Source: Daphnia carinata
Lineage: Eukaryota
NCBI RefSeq assembly: GCF_022539665.2
Contig: NC_081332.1
Coordinates: 5,208,001-5,272,000, forward strand
Reading direction: 5' to 3'
Length of the DNA: 64,000 nt
Shown: positions 1 through 12,900 of the stretch, in pieces
Layout: every line of letters begins with the position of its first letter
Position numbering within the stretch: the stretch's first letter is position 1
Program-made: the position numbers and the translations under genes
The notes under the pieces: model-generated
What the model saw: only the letters and a program-made list of their open reading frames with translations
The model's database searches: none
Told to the model about the DNA's origin: nothing

Positions 1-961
1 GAGCTGAAGATTTGGAACATTTTTACAGGAGCGATTAACCTTTAGTTCGGATTTGTGGGTAGCCACATCGCCCTCCGTGAACACATCATCGGACTAAGCG
101 GCACCCCACGTCCCCTTTCCGGCCAGAGCCCTCCAAACCTCGGTATATGTTGTTTTTATATATACCGTACAGTAGGGGCATGACCCCCTACGGGCTTATT
201 ACGAGTCAAGGGGAAACGGGGCTTCAGAAAAGAAGGGAGCCCAGATATGCACTTCAATTTTTTTAATATCAAATACCGTCTGGGGAATCCGAATTAAGTA
301 TAGAAATGTCATGTCATCCATCCAATCAATACAATTTATTCAGTGTCTTGCCCCAACCAAGAATTTTTTCAGATCCAATGTTACTATTAACCTATATTGA
401 GAAAAGAAAAACAACACCATTAAACATATCAATTGTTGATCATGTGACTTACATGACTTATAGATTCAACTTCTGGCAGAAGCTTGGGACAGGACATACA
501 AATTGCAGATGAAGATCATTGTAAAAGGCTCTTGAATGATAAAATAGCACCCCTAGAATGTTGCATTGTTGATAGTTGTGTTCCCAGTATACTGAAAATC
601 CTTTCCTATTGGATAAATTTTTGTTTTGTAGATTAGACATGGTTGGCAAAAAGGAAGAGAAAAGCTTCATCATAAATTCAAAAAATTGTCAAGAAAATTC
701 CTTTCATACCTAAAGAGTCCATGTATGCTGTTCAGCGCTGCAATGCCAGTGAAGTGAAACATCTTTACGGCCATTTAAGTACCCAGCTTCACCAACACTC
801 TGAGCGTAAAGGACAAGTTGTTCTTTAGCAAGGGAAGCAGAATTATTTAAAGCTTCTAGCTGTGACAGAACTATAAAGGATTGCTGTTATACAGGATTCA
901 TTCACACAAGATGGTACTTCTCATTAGACAATGTGCATACTCTATTACTTTACCTCATACC

Positions 962-1722
962 TTAATGGTAATGCACTCTCAAGTGTTTTTTCAACTTAGG
1001 CTGACTCTTCCATCCTGTAACACTTCCAGACTTGACTTGATCCCCTGCTAAAATTCTGTGAATGCAAAATAATAGCATTAAAAATACTTTTTCAATAGAC
1101 AAAAAACCGAAAAGTACCTAATTCATGTTTTATGTTGAACTCGTGCCACATCTCGGTTTCCGTACCACACCCATTTTCGGCCCAAATACGGTCCCACAAT
1201 TGTTCAATTCCTTCGCTGCATGGACTTATTACTAACGATTCTTTTAGTGCAGCACTAACAGAATTTAAATTTAACACACTGTCAGGTGGTGGACTGAATA
1301 ACTAAACAAGAAATAATTGTTTGTTAAAATTCTATACTTATTTTGAATTCTTATTTGAAAAGGTTAGGTACCTGACTGTGTTCGACTAATGCCAACTCAT
1401 CCTCACGTTCAGTTAGGGAAGAGTTTTGAAAAACCTCCTTCACTGTTTGGAAACTGTTCCGTTCCAATTTGTTCTTGCCCCCTAGCTGAGCTTGTAGACT
1501 CAAAATTTGAGCTACAAAACACAAATGAATAAAAGCAAATAAATAGAATCATTACGTATTAGGCCTTACCATCCTTAGCTTTGCTGTTATCTAATATTTT
1601 GTGTTGTTCCAATAATTGGGCCTGCAGCTTCATAATTTGATCTAATAAACAATAATTAATAATTGAAAACCAATATAATAATGTTTATACTTACCATCCT
1701 TTTGTTGTAGTATCTTATCCAT
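962..1722 (-). CDS. Small uncharacterised spliced protein with a coiled-coil-like N-terminus (5 predicted exons)
   Basis: Hand-spliced GT-AG exons 1695-1722, ~1570-1641, 1372-1511, ~1118-1301 and ~962-1047 join in frame: MDKILQQKDDQIMKLQAQLLEQHKILDNSKAKDAQILSLQAQLGG...LWDRIWAENGCGTETEMWHEF...HLRVHYH*. No family recognised; the 3' end is uncertain. Confidence 0.5.
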
Positions 1723-1833
1723 TTTTCAATTGTTCCTCCAGCCACGCGTTATTCTCTCCATCCACGCTACTGAACTAACTGCGAATGGCATCCAATGGAC
1801 TGAAATTGCCTACGCCAGTTATAACGAGTCTGA

Positions 1834-1927
1834 GCGGTAGATGGCTACGTGTCGGAAAAAAAGGAAAAAGTGGGATTTATTTTTTTTTTTTGGCGAAATT
1901 TTTTTTACAGCTATGGCCATCTAGCGG
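1834..1927. promoter_or_regulatory. Two oppositely oriented CTCF-like motifs in the divergent promoter region
   Basis: GCGGTAGATGGC at 1834-1845 (+) and CCGCTAGATGGC at 1916-1927 (-) resemble the CTCF core (TAGATGGC). Motif match only. Confidence 0.3.
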
Positions 1928-2685
1928 TCAAATTTGAATGAAGTCTCTCAACACAACTTTACATATTCTAGCCCTGTAAATATATAATTTTTTTAATTAA
2001 TAACTTTATTTGATTAAACTATATTTTTTTTGGCGAAATTTTTTTTTTTTTTGTGTAAAACGGATTGCCATATATATATAGCCTTCCCACTTTTGCAATT
2101 TTCATTAAATTCTAGATTTCATTTAAAATATATTATTTCGATTAGAAATTCATCGCTGATCACGACAATCCGTTTCATTTTTATATTGGGTGAATACTTT
2201 TTGAATTAACCGTAAAAAACAGAAAGTCAGGCTTATTTTGTCGGGCTTAAAATTTTTTCCTCTTAAAAAATTATATCGTTAAATCTAGATAATTATACAT
2301 GATTCTGATTTAAAATTTAACAAGGAACACGAAAATGAAATTTGTTTTTACGTAGAGTTTATAGTTTTTGAATAATCAAAGAAGTTTGATGTGTCACGCT
2401 AGCGCTGTAGCGTACTGGCGCGCTAGTGATGGTTTCCATTCGTACCTAATTTTGTATTTTAGATTACTCAAAACAAAGCTAAGAAGAGCGCCTCTCAGAC
2501 CGCTCCATTGCTGCCGTGGGCATACAGATTTAACCATAGCGTTCACTGTGCTTGCGTTGCCAGTCTACATTTTTCTCCGGTACACGAAGTAATCTCGTTG
2601 TCTGCTTCTTCTAGTTCTTTCTTTTGTACCTCGTGCATTAGATACGTTTGACGTCTAATTCTTCGCCCCTAGATCTTTCAACAAT

Positions 2686-3345
2686 ATGTCTGGTAACCAA
2701 GAACGTACCTATTTGATGATCAAGCCTGATGGTGTCCAACGAGGACTAGTCGGCGAAATCATCAAGAGATTCGAACAGAAAGGCTTCAAATTGGTTGCAC
2801 TCAAGTTTGTCCAGGTATGTACGTGAGTAGTTGCGATCATATAGGTAGTCATCAGTTATGCTAACTTAACATTGCTTGACGCCTTATCATATAGCCTACC
2901 GAGGAACTGTTGCAAAAACATTATGCCGATTTATCTGGTCGTCCTTTCTTTCCTGGTTTGGTTAAATACATGGCATCTGGACCAGTTGTTGCTATGGTAA
3001 GTTGTTTTCTTAACTTCAAATTGATTGGTTTTATTGTTTTGTTAACATTTTAGGTCTGGGAGGGGTTGAATGCAGTCAAAACTGGTCGTCAAATGTTGGG
3101 TGAAACTAACCCTGCCGACTCCAAACCTGGTACTATCAGAGGAGATTTCTGCATCCAAGTTGGAAGGTATGGTCCAGAAATTGAACTATGTATTAATTGC
3201 ATACACATTGCTTTTTATTAATAGGAACATTATGCATGGATCTGACTCTGTTGAAAGTGCCAACAAGGAGATTGCACTTTGGTTCAAGGACGAAGAACTT
3301 GTGTCTTGGCAGCCAGCTGATAAATGCTGGGTCTATGAAGATTAA
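2686..3345 (+). CDS. awd: Nucleoside diphosphate kinase (group I NME/NM23; Drosophila awd orthologue), 4 exons
   Basis: Exons 2686-2814, 2895-2996, 3054-3166 and 3225-3345, all with GT-AG introns. Translation [34 protein letters not shown]...[21 protein letters not shown]...WVYED includes the catalytic HGSD motif. Confidence 0.97.
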
Positions 3346-3404
3346 AGTTTTTGAATGTGTGCTCTTGATTAGTCCAATTTAATGAAATATGAGCATGTGA
3401 AACC

Positions 3405-3410
3405 AATAAA
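3405..3410 (+). terminator. Polyadenylation signal AATAAA of the NDPK gene
   Basis: AATAAA 60 nt after the stop codon. Confidence 0.6.
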
Positions 3411-3793
3411 CATTCTATCAAAAATGTTGACCAATTTGAAATGTGGAATTTAGTGATTTAATGCCAATTTGAATTTGGTTATTGTAACCGACGATATATT
3501 ACCCGTATAAGCCTACAAGTGATTGCTGAACGGCATTTTTCTCATTTCTCTTCACACTATAATTTCTACATTTTTGTAACGTACCTGTAGTAATGAATAA
3601 CTTGTTCATATGATTCTTTTACCTCTCCAAAAGCTAAATGCATTTTTAAGAACCCATAATTTTACATAATGGCTTCAGTTGTCTGGGTAAAAATTACTAC
3701 GATATACGATTTACTCTGTATAACATATTAATGCTACTTCGGTCAATAAAACATTGGAGGTGAGAAAAAGAAGTTTTCAGTTGACATTAAGAA

Positions 3794-5258
3794 TCATCCT
3801 TGGGCAAACGGCGATTCACTATTTGTTGCTAAAAAGAACGATCCTCGGACACTACAATTGACGTGATGAGCGCGATTATTTTATACCGAATAACAGTAGC
3901 TACGTTAGTAATGTGATGGCAACCGTGAACAAGATAATCTAGAGCTACTTACTTCACTGAAACTGGTTCGCCCATTAACGTACTGACGTTTTCTTGGCAA
4001 TCTCCATTCTCATAATTTTCCCACAAATCACACCGAAACGCATTGAAACCTAACGGGCTGTTGATAGATTCCGTATAAAGGTCCACGACGCGACAATGAT
4101 TGCAACATTCTGTACCATTTGAAAATACATTAGTATACAATAAAGTCTTCTAATACTAATTTTATATCGGTCGGGTAATAACAGTAAATAAAATTTATGG
4201 CCATACCAGTGTCAGGTACTGGACATCCAGCTTGAAATAGACCACCATTCGGATAGAAATCTGCATGTCCAGTCATATTCACAAAGGCGACGTAGGTATG
4301 AATGATGTCGACGAAAACAGCGTCTGTTGTATCTAGCCGATTATCAATTGCATCAAGTGGGAAATCATCTGATGCCGGATCCAAACCTAACCAGAAGAAG
4401 GCAAGAAAATGGACAAGTTTAATTGTTATACAGTTTCAAGATGATAGGGGACGATCTCACCAGTGATTCTTGGCAATATTCCAGAGGTTATTGCTGCTCC
4501 AGCGTTTCCAACTACATGAGCCTACAAGAAAAAAAATTTTCTGAAGTTTCCTGTGCTTAACTTTTCTTATTCAACTTGGAAACATATCAACCCCCATGCT
4601 GAATCCGATCAAGTGAAACGCTAAAAGCGGTGTTCCTTGACTAACGAGGAAATCTACAAATGCCCCAGTTGCAGCTCCAGCTATGGGTACATTGATTAAG
4701 GAAACAGTTTCATGGTCACCTTCAGCTAGAACAGACCAGTCCACTGAAATAAAATTACAGTCCTCCTGGAGTAGGTATTCTGCCAATATATTTTGGTTTC
4801 AGAATAAGAGAAGTTTGCATTCAAGTCATCTTCCTGCTGGTATCTAATATTATTCGTTCGACTTTGCTTAACTTAAGGCTCACCATCTTTAGACAAATAT
4901 CCTTGGTCTGGAAAACCACCCCAGCCATGTGCAAATATTTTAGTTGGAAGACTTTTGTTATAATTTGATTGTTCTAGTAATGAAACATTGTTTAGTTGTA
5001 GAATGTAGGCCTCATTTATATTTTTTCTGTTTAAATTTCAACTATATAGTTATGAAAATGAAAAAATTATTGTGATGTGAATACCTGGTAAAGAGCTGGT
5101 AAAGTACAGTATCAGGGCCGATATCACTGGAGACTGCTCATCCAAATTTTCAGAAATGTCAAAATACTTAGTTATTTATCAATTCACAATCACAATTTTT
5201 TATTACCTTTAACAACACAGAGTTGAGTAACTAAGATTATTACCTGAATTGCAAACAT
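3794..5258 (-). CDS. Secreted pancreatic-lipase-family lipase/phospholipase (8 exons)
   Basis: Spliced product begins with signal-peptide-like MFAIQVIILVTQLCVVKVSS (ATG at 5258). It contains FAHGW, VDWS, nucleophile GFSMG|AH, RITGLDPA, VDIIHT, GHADFYPNGG, CNH (catalytic His) and ends GSFFLATNSESPFAQG* (TGA 3794-3796). Confidence 0.92.
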
Positions 5259-5736
5259 AATCTTTTTGTAAGTTTTAAAGAGTGACATCGTCGACGCGTG
5301 AACGTGTCTTAATGCAAATGTCGTATGTGTAAATAAAGAAAAAAATTTCATGTTTCAGATGTTTAGCTTCAAAATTGCCTATCACGTCAAATAGGTACCT
5401 GAAATGTCGATAGGGCAGATAATTGCCATGGTAATATCAGAATGCTGTAAGTTTTCCCATTATCACCTTAGAAACAAAACTGAACTGTTAGGACACATCT
5501 GCACGAAACGTAGCACGTAGCACATGGCTGACTCCACTGTCACACGAGGATCGAGCTTGGAACACCAAGAAGCATAAATCCTTTTCCATTTTTGAATTTT
5601 CTGCTTATGCAAAGATTGCTCATCTTATTTACTCTGAAGGATTGTGCTAAACAGTAGCCTTTCAATAATCTAACAGAAAAAGCCTTTAGTCGCCAATGTC
5701 ACATTTCGGTAGTGACGAAGTTTCACTTTGTTGGTC

Positions 5737-5794
5737 TTTATTTAATCTGACAGTACTCACAGATGTACAGTATAGTACAATCCGGTTTTTTATT
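5737..5794 (-). terminator. Candidate poly(A) signals of dumpy (AATAAA at 5789-5794 and 5737-5742)
   Basis: Two TTTATT on the plus strand about 0.9 kb past the dumpy stop and upstream of the lipase start. Confidence 0.4.
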
Positions 5795-6672
5795 AATAAC
5801 AACATACGTGTATTTTTTTCACCTTAATCTGGTTTTATACAAATCGCTTGGAGGAGATAAGGCAAACTCATAACACAAGTTAAACGTTTTGGAAAGAAGC
5901 GCACTGGGTTTTTAGCAGTAATGTGTTCCACGACGAATAAAAATCATATGAAAAAAAGTACAATACTGCGTCACGGTACAAAGACGAGGTTATTGCAACA
6001 GTGTCCCTCCAGTGGATTAGCACAGTTTATGATAAAGAAGAAAACAGTTGGACTTAAATCTAGCGTGAGTCATCGAATAATTAATGAATTGGACTGACAA
6101 TAAGAGTTGCATAAGGAAATCGGGAGGGAGAGAAGCAGCAAAGAATCCCTTCCAAAAATCAAAAACAAAACAATAAAATTGAAGCACCAAGGGTCACCGT
6201 GGAGACGAAGATGACCGAGCGTGACCTGCACCACCCAATTTTTTTCAAGAAGTCGGGGGAATTTGAGTGAAATCGAAAAAAATCATTGTATGCAACAGCG
6301 TAAAAGAAAATAGAAAATGCACACGACAATAAATGTAGACGGTTTACTTACAACCACCGCCCAGATAAACTGTGAGAGTTTCGTTAATTCGTCATCACTC
6401 CCGAACGACTATATACCGCAGACGAGTGAATGGCTGTACAACAAATCATTACAAGTGGGTTAAACTCTCAAAGTTACTCTGGGCGACTGACGATGCTTCC
6501 TCAATCGTCAAACCAAGAATTCATTTTTTTTTTTTGTTTCACATATGGCCTTTCACTTTTTTATGCAAAGCTGCTAAAGTTTGATTTTTTAAAAAAAGAT
6601 AAACAACTCTTTTTGAACTCCATTTCTCCTATGGAAATTGACACACTATTCTAGTATCCGTCAATAGGGATT

Positions 6673-6908
6673 TTAAGAAAGGTAATCCGGTGACGGCTCG
6701 GCCAGTGGCTCTGGCGTCGTGAAGAGCGGATTAGGGAATTCGGCCGGATGGGGAAGAGGACCATCGATCTTGGGCCGTCTCCTGTAGGCCATTAACCAAC
6801 AGGAAACTGCCACTGCGACGGCTACCAGTGCTAGTAATGCGGTGATGATGAGCGCGATGATGAAACCCATCGTCGAAACGCAAACTTCTTGTCGCACAAC
6901 ATCGGGTG
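6673..6908 (-). other. dpy: Last dumpy exon: transmembrane helix and short cytoplasmic tail with an NPLF motif
   Basis: [28 protein letters not shown] followed by RRR stop-transfer and [22 protein letters not shown]. Confidence 0.9.
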
Positions 6909-9900
6909 CTGTCAAAACATTTAAAGGTTACAATCAATTTTCTCCTCTTGAATACTAACCGCTAAGTGTAAACTTACCTTCTGTTGGAGCACTGAACCTC
7001 TCTTCTCCACCACGGTCCAATGCCAAGATGGAATTAGACTGGACCATGATTTCTTCGCGCAGTTGGCCGGCAATGACTGATTCGCGGATTTCTACTTCAG
7101 TTAAGTTGGTCGTTCTTGGTGTCAGGTTCTCGACATCAGCCTGGCGACGGCGACGACGACCGTAAGCGTCACTTCCATCGCAGTTGACCTGTTGTATGTT
7201 ATGTTAATTAAACGGCTGTAAGATCATCGAGTATTGTATTTAAAATAATTACCGGTTGGCATCTGCCAAAGCAAACGCGGATGTTGCACTGGAACCGAAT
7301 GTTGTCGCTGGCCGGGAATTTGAAAGCGTTGAAAGTGGAGACGAGAGTTCGTGTTTCTGGATGTTGTGTCCAAGCTCCGAATATAGTGGGATCAGTGGGG
7401 CATCCGTTCTCGTCCGTAACCAAATGAGTGTTGTTGTTGTCGGTCACGGCGTAACAGCTACGGGCAAAGCCTCCGTAAATACCTTTTCGTAAAAAAAAAT
7501 AAACAATAAATTCAATAACTAAAACAAAATCCTGATATTTAAATCAGTCGTCCACTTACCGATTGGCTGGACTTCGACTTTGAGCATAAGAGTGTCTCCG
7601 ATGACGGCACTGCGCACTTCCTGACCAGATGGCAAGCAGATCTTCATGGTGCAAACGGGCGGTGGGCCGGTGTTGGAAATAGTGCCGGCCGTCGTCAACA
7701 TGGAAACGTTGAAACCAACCGTGACCGTTTTCTCTGGTGTATCGTAGACGCAACGGACTTGGTAAGCCTGGGCTTTGAACGTCATCAACTTCGGATGTTT
7801 CTGGATGACCAAGATGAAAGAGGCCTCTCCGTTCTCCAGCACCAATCCACAAGTGTCGAACCGGACCTATTTTTAGAAAAAACCAAACATTTTATTATAC
7901 AACGAAAACTGTGATGAAAAATTAAGAATTTTATACCTTGTAATCGATGCTGCCGACGTCGCGTTTAGCGTCAAGGACCCGGCGGCAGTTTTCGTCCTTG
8001 GAGTGTCCCTTGACGTAGAGAACGCCATCGAAACCGGCTGTGCCGGTGTGGATATCGACCTAAACGCGATCAGCTAGACAGTTGACAACGATCTCTGGGC
8101 GCGGGAAGTCGGTACGTAAAGGTGTTCTTTCAGGAACGCAACCAGATTCATCATCTTTGAAAGCGTGTCCGCGGATACAAGCGCAAATGGCCCGATGGTC
8201 AGCGGCGCGACACTCCGAGTTGGGATAGCAGACCCGTTCGGCGCAAGGATCGCGACATGTGGTGTTACAATACTTGTCGTCCGGGCAGTCGTCGTTGCTG
8301 ACGCATTCCGGCAGCAAAACTGGGCTGACGCAAGTTCCAGACGGGCCCTCGACTAGACCCTTGTCAGGATCGCAGATGCAAGTTCCGTTGGGAGCCAGGA
8401 TCAGATTGCGGAGCGGGTCGCAGAGGCACGTACCATTTGGCATCTTAATGAAACCCTCGGTAACTTCACATTCTTCTTCGACTTCAGGGACAGCGACTTT
8501 GACACATTCAATCGCAGCATAGCCGGTCGTTCCAGGTGGACAGACGCACACCATGGTACGGTAAGGCGATGTGGGTTTGACTTCACAGACGGCCGACGGA
8601 GCGCAAGGTTTGAGAGCTTCGCAAGGATCTTTGCATTCGCGGTTGATGCAGGCTTCTAGAGAAGGACAGTCCGTATCGGCTCTACATCCCAATTCGATAT
8701 CAACGCGAGTACAAGCTGTTTCAGGTGACCCTTGAATCCTGGCGGGCAATCGCAGACGGCCGTGTGGTTGAATGGTTTGCATTCCTGTTCGACAGCGCAA
8801 GCGTCCGGCATTGAGCAAGGATCAGTGCAAAAACCGTTGAAACAGGCTCGATCCGTCGGGCAATCATTGGTGTTGGTACAGCCGATAGCTTTGCAGCCGG
8901 CGTTCGGATTGCCCTTTGTTCCAGGTGGACATTCACACACGGGCTTGTGGTTAATTCCTTGACAAACCGCTCCGCTTTCGCAGGTGGCCGGCAAGCAGAC
9001 GTGTTTGCACTGTCCGTTGACGCAAGCGTGTGTTCCAGGGCATTCCTCGTCTACAGTGCATCCCACTTTGTAGCAAGCTACTAATGGATCGCCAGTCATT
9101 CCTTCACGACATGCGCAGACTGGTTTGCGATTGATGACACGACAGATGGAGTCAGGAGCGCAGTCGCAAGGACTTTCGCAAACACCATTACGGCAAGCCT
9201 CTTCAGCAGGACATTCATCGTCAGCCTTACAACCAGTGACTTGGGATGGTGATTCGCCTGTCACGGCAGAGATACAACGGCTGTTCTCGTCCGCGAAGCT
9301 GTCCGGTGGACATTGACATACGACGGTACGTAATGGGGAGCTGTCTACTACGCTGCAAAGTTGTCCAGTGTCACCGCAGGGATTGACACCACAAGGATTG
9401 ACGCATTTGTTACTGATGCAGACCTCTTTGCTGGGACATTCAGGATCTGAACGACATTCAGGGCGAGGTGGACTGGCCGTAACGATTGGTGGATCTATCC
9501 AAAAAACAAATGTAAATTTAGAGATTTTTGTGGTTGGTCGACATATTTCATTGTAATTAACCTTCAATACAACGGACGAATGGATTTCCGCGTTGACCTG
9601 GCGGGCAATCGCACATGGCTTGATGGTCTTTGCCGGTACAGGTAGCCGCCGGAGCGCAGGTGATGGTTTCGCAGACTTTAACGCAGACGCGGTTGAGTCG
9701 ATCGCAAACTTCCTCGGAGGCGCAGTCGTCGTGGCTCTGGCAGCCGACAGGGATGCAAATGACGGTGGGATTGCCTTGCATACCAGCCGGGCAGTAGCAC
9801 TGAGGCCGATGGAGAGTGACGCGGCACAGAGCGTTAGTTCCGCACTGATCGCCACCGAAGACGCAGGGATTCAAACATTTGCCAGTGATGCAAGCGCGGT

Positions 9901-12900
9901 CCGACGGGCAATCGTCATCTCGTTCACATTCAGCTTCAAAATGAATGGCAAAAAATTAGAATAATGAGCTATTAATTTTGCCATTTAATTTAATAATTAC
10001 GTCGGAAGCATTTGATTTGTGGATCACCACCCCAGCCATCTGGGCAGAAGCAAACAGGTCGATGTTGTTGGGTGCGACAGACGGCATTGTCACCGCAAGG
10101 ATTGCCGATGACGCAAGGATCTTGACAAACTTGTTGTTCGCAGGCTTTGTCCAATGGGCATTCAGGATCGGATCGACATTCGACCTCCACCTTGGGAACT
10201 GTTTCAAATTGATCGATTATTTCTGATTACTAAATGCATTTAACCAAATAATACAGTTTCATCCACCAAGAAAGAAAAGAGAACAATTCCAAACGTGCGA
10301 AAACCAATGACCACATAACACCGTTCGACCGTGCCCCGCAAGACGTGCTATTGCGCAAAATGCGTGCAATAGGTAGTAGGACACAAACCTGCGTCGCACT
10401 GGCTCCAAGGATTGCCTTTGGTGCCGTTGGGACAGTGGCAATGGGCTTGGCGCTCGAATGGCTTACAGATGGCGCTTGGGGGACAAGGGTTGTTTACGAA
10501 GCACGGGTTTTGGCATTGACTGTCTAGGCACGAGTTGATCTTATTGCAGTCCACGTCGGCCAGACAGAGGCGGGCAGGACGTGGATTAGCTGTGTAGCGT
10601 TGGTATCACCCGCGGTAGCAATTTTTTTTTAATAGCAAGGTTTGATTTTTGGATTAGTTTTGGCATTTTTACATTATGTGTGCAACGCGCGTTAATTAGC
10701 TCTGTGCTACTAGTTGGGTTGATGGATTATTTTCATTTATCTTTGCATATGTTATAGCAACTAGGATTTAAATTATGACTTTGTTTCATTATGTTTAATA
10801 GGCTTATTGGCGCACCTTCACCAAATTCGCCGTATGTAAAAAGGCTTTTTTGTTTAGATTGCAAAATTAATTCCGGCTTACCTTGATAGCAGTTGATGTT
10901 GGGATTGCCGGTGAAATCTTCAGGGCAAGTACATTTGGGTTGATGTCCGACCACAGTGCAGATGGCATTGTTAGCGCAAGGGTTGGCAACTGTGCAAGGG
11001 CTAACGCATTGACGATTACGGCAGCTCTGATTATCCGGGCAATTATCATCGGAACGGCATCCTGGATCTTCAATTGGAACTGTTGAAACATGGCCCACCC
11101 AAGGGAAAAAAAATGAGAATTAGAAAACCATTGCTCTACCATATTATTTTTAGTCGAAAACATTAAGCTATTAGTTAAACTGTCTTGTCAAAAATGTCAA
11201 TCATGTGTGTCCCTCTATTCGCTTGATTACGCAATGATAAAAGCTTTAAAACGCTGGCACGCAACCGTAGGTCAGGTAAGAGGAGGTAGGTCAGGAGGAT
11301 TGTCATGGAGAAAGCTCCTTAATAAATAGATAGACAACGAAGAAGTAATCAGTTAAAAGGAAGCAACCAAATCGGAAAGGACAGAATTAGCAAGAAGAAG
11401 CGTAGTGTAGTGTAAATAGTCGCTGGCACGAAAAAAGAAAGCCCGCCTGCAAATAAAAAGAAAACTGCCATTGCCAAGTTAATGCGTCCGTAAAATGTCG
11501 TGTTTTACACGTAGCGAGTAGCGTCTTGTTATCGTAAAAGAATTCAATAAGAAATACAAATCTCCTACCGCTGCGACATTCGACATTTGGATTTCCAAAA
11601 TAACCAGGTAGACATTGACAAGTCATTGTTCTTAACGGGAGCGAATCGACGACAAGGCACTGGGCGTTGATCCCGCAAGGTTTGATGACTGTGCAAGGGT
11701 TGACGCACTCTCCGTTGAAGCAGGCGTGTTTGCTGGGACACTCGCCATCGGTTGTACAACCACCCTTAATTACCGCTTGCTCTTCTGTTTAATTCGACGA
11801 TAAAATTAGTTTGTATTACATTCAGGCGTACCAAATAAAATTACCTGGTAGATAACACCCTCTGGTTGTGTTCGGTTCTCCCTGATATCCGGCGGGGCAA
11901 GAGCATCTAGGCACGTGATTGATAACGGTACATTTGGTATCTGGGGGGCAATTGCATGGGTCGCGGCAGTTCTTTTCACGACAGGCCAACGTGCTCGGAC
12001 AATCATTATCGACGAGACACTCGGGTTGACGACAAGCGCGATAGGGATCGCCTTCATGACGTTCAGGACAGAAGCATTGCGGTCGATGGGCATTGACACG
12101 ACACAGAGCGTTGGTACCGCACGTTTCAAAAACGCATGGATCCTTACACTGGCGATTAACGCAAGCTTCGTTTGAAGGACAATCGGAATCGGATCGGCAA
12201 CCAACTGAAATTCAATATAATCATTTAGTTTTCGAAGCAATTCAATGAATATTAACATTTACCTTGGAGACACTGGACTTGAGGATTGCCAGTGAAACCT
12301 TCAGCGCAGACGCAGACGGGCCGGTGTTGAACGACTCGGCACTCGGCGTTCGGTGCGCAAATGCCGGGCCGTTGGATGCAAGGATTGAGGCAACGTTGTT
12401 CGATACAAGCTTGAGTTGTCTGGCAATCAGGATCGACTTCGCATTCGGGCTTGACCACCGGTGTTCCGATCGAAGCTGGTTTAGGCTGGCATTTGATGAA
12501 CGGATCACCAGCGTAGCCATTAGGACATGAGCAAACTGGGTTGTGGCCCGTTACTTGACAACGAGCATCGACACCGCAAGCCCCTGGGCAAGGATCTTTA
12601 CACTTTTGGGCAATGCAAGCCATGCTGTTGGAACAATCCGCGTTGGTAACGCATTCTGGTTTACAGGAGACGTAAGGATCGCCTATCAAACCGGGCAAGC
12701 AAACGCAGACGGTATCTTTAACGCCTTGCTTTCTGCATTCGGCGTTGACTCCACAAGGATTCGGGTTGCAGAAATCTTCTCGGTCGATGGTACCAGGTTC
12801 CCCTACAGCAGGGACGGGTCGACAAGATGAAAATGGATTGCCTTCAAAACCCGGTTGGCACACGCAGACTGGAGCGTGATTAGCCACACGACATTCAGCA

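Noticed and set aside
170..245. Short GC-rich hairpins at the window start
   Set aside because: Too short and without context to assign to an RNA gene or element end.
8036..8100. TTTAG|G at 8060 as a splice acceptor that removes the stop
   Set aside because: Any such intron would be implausibly short or delete the conserved first ZP cysteine segment (EIVVNCLAD).
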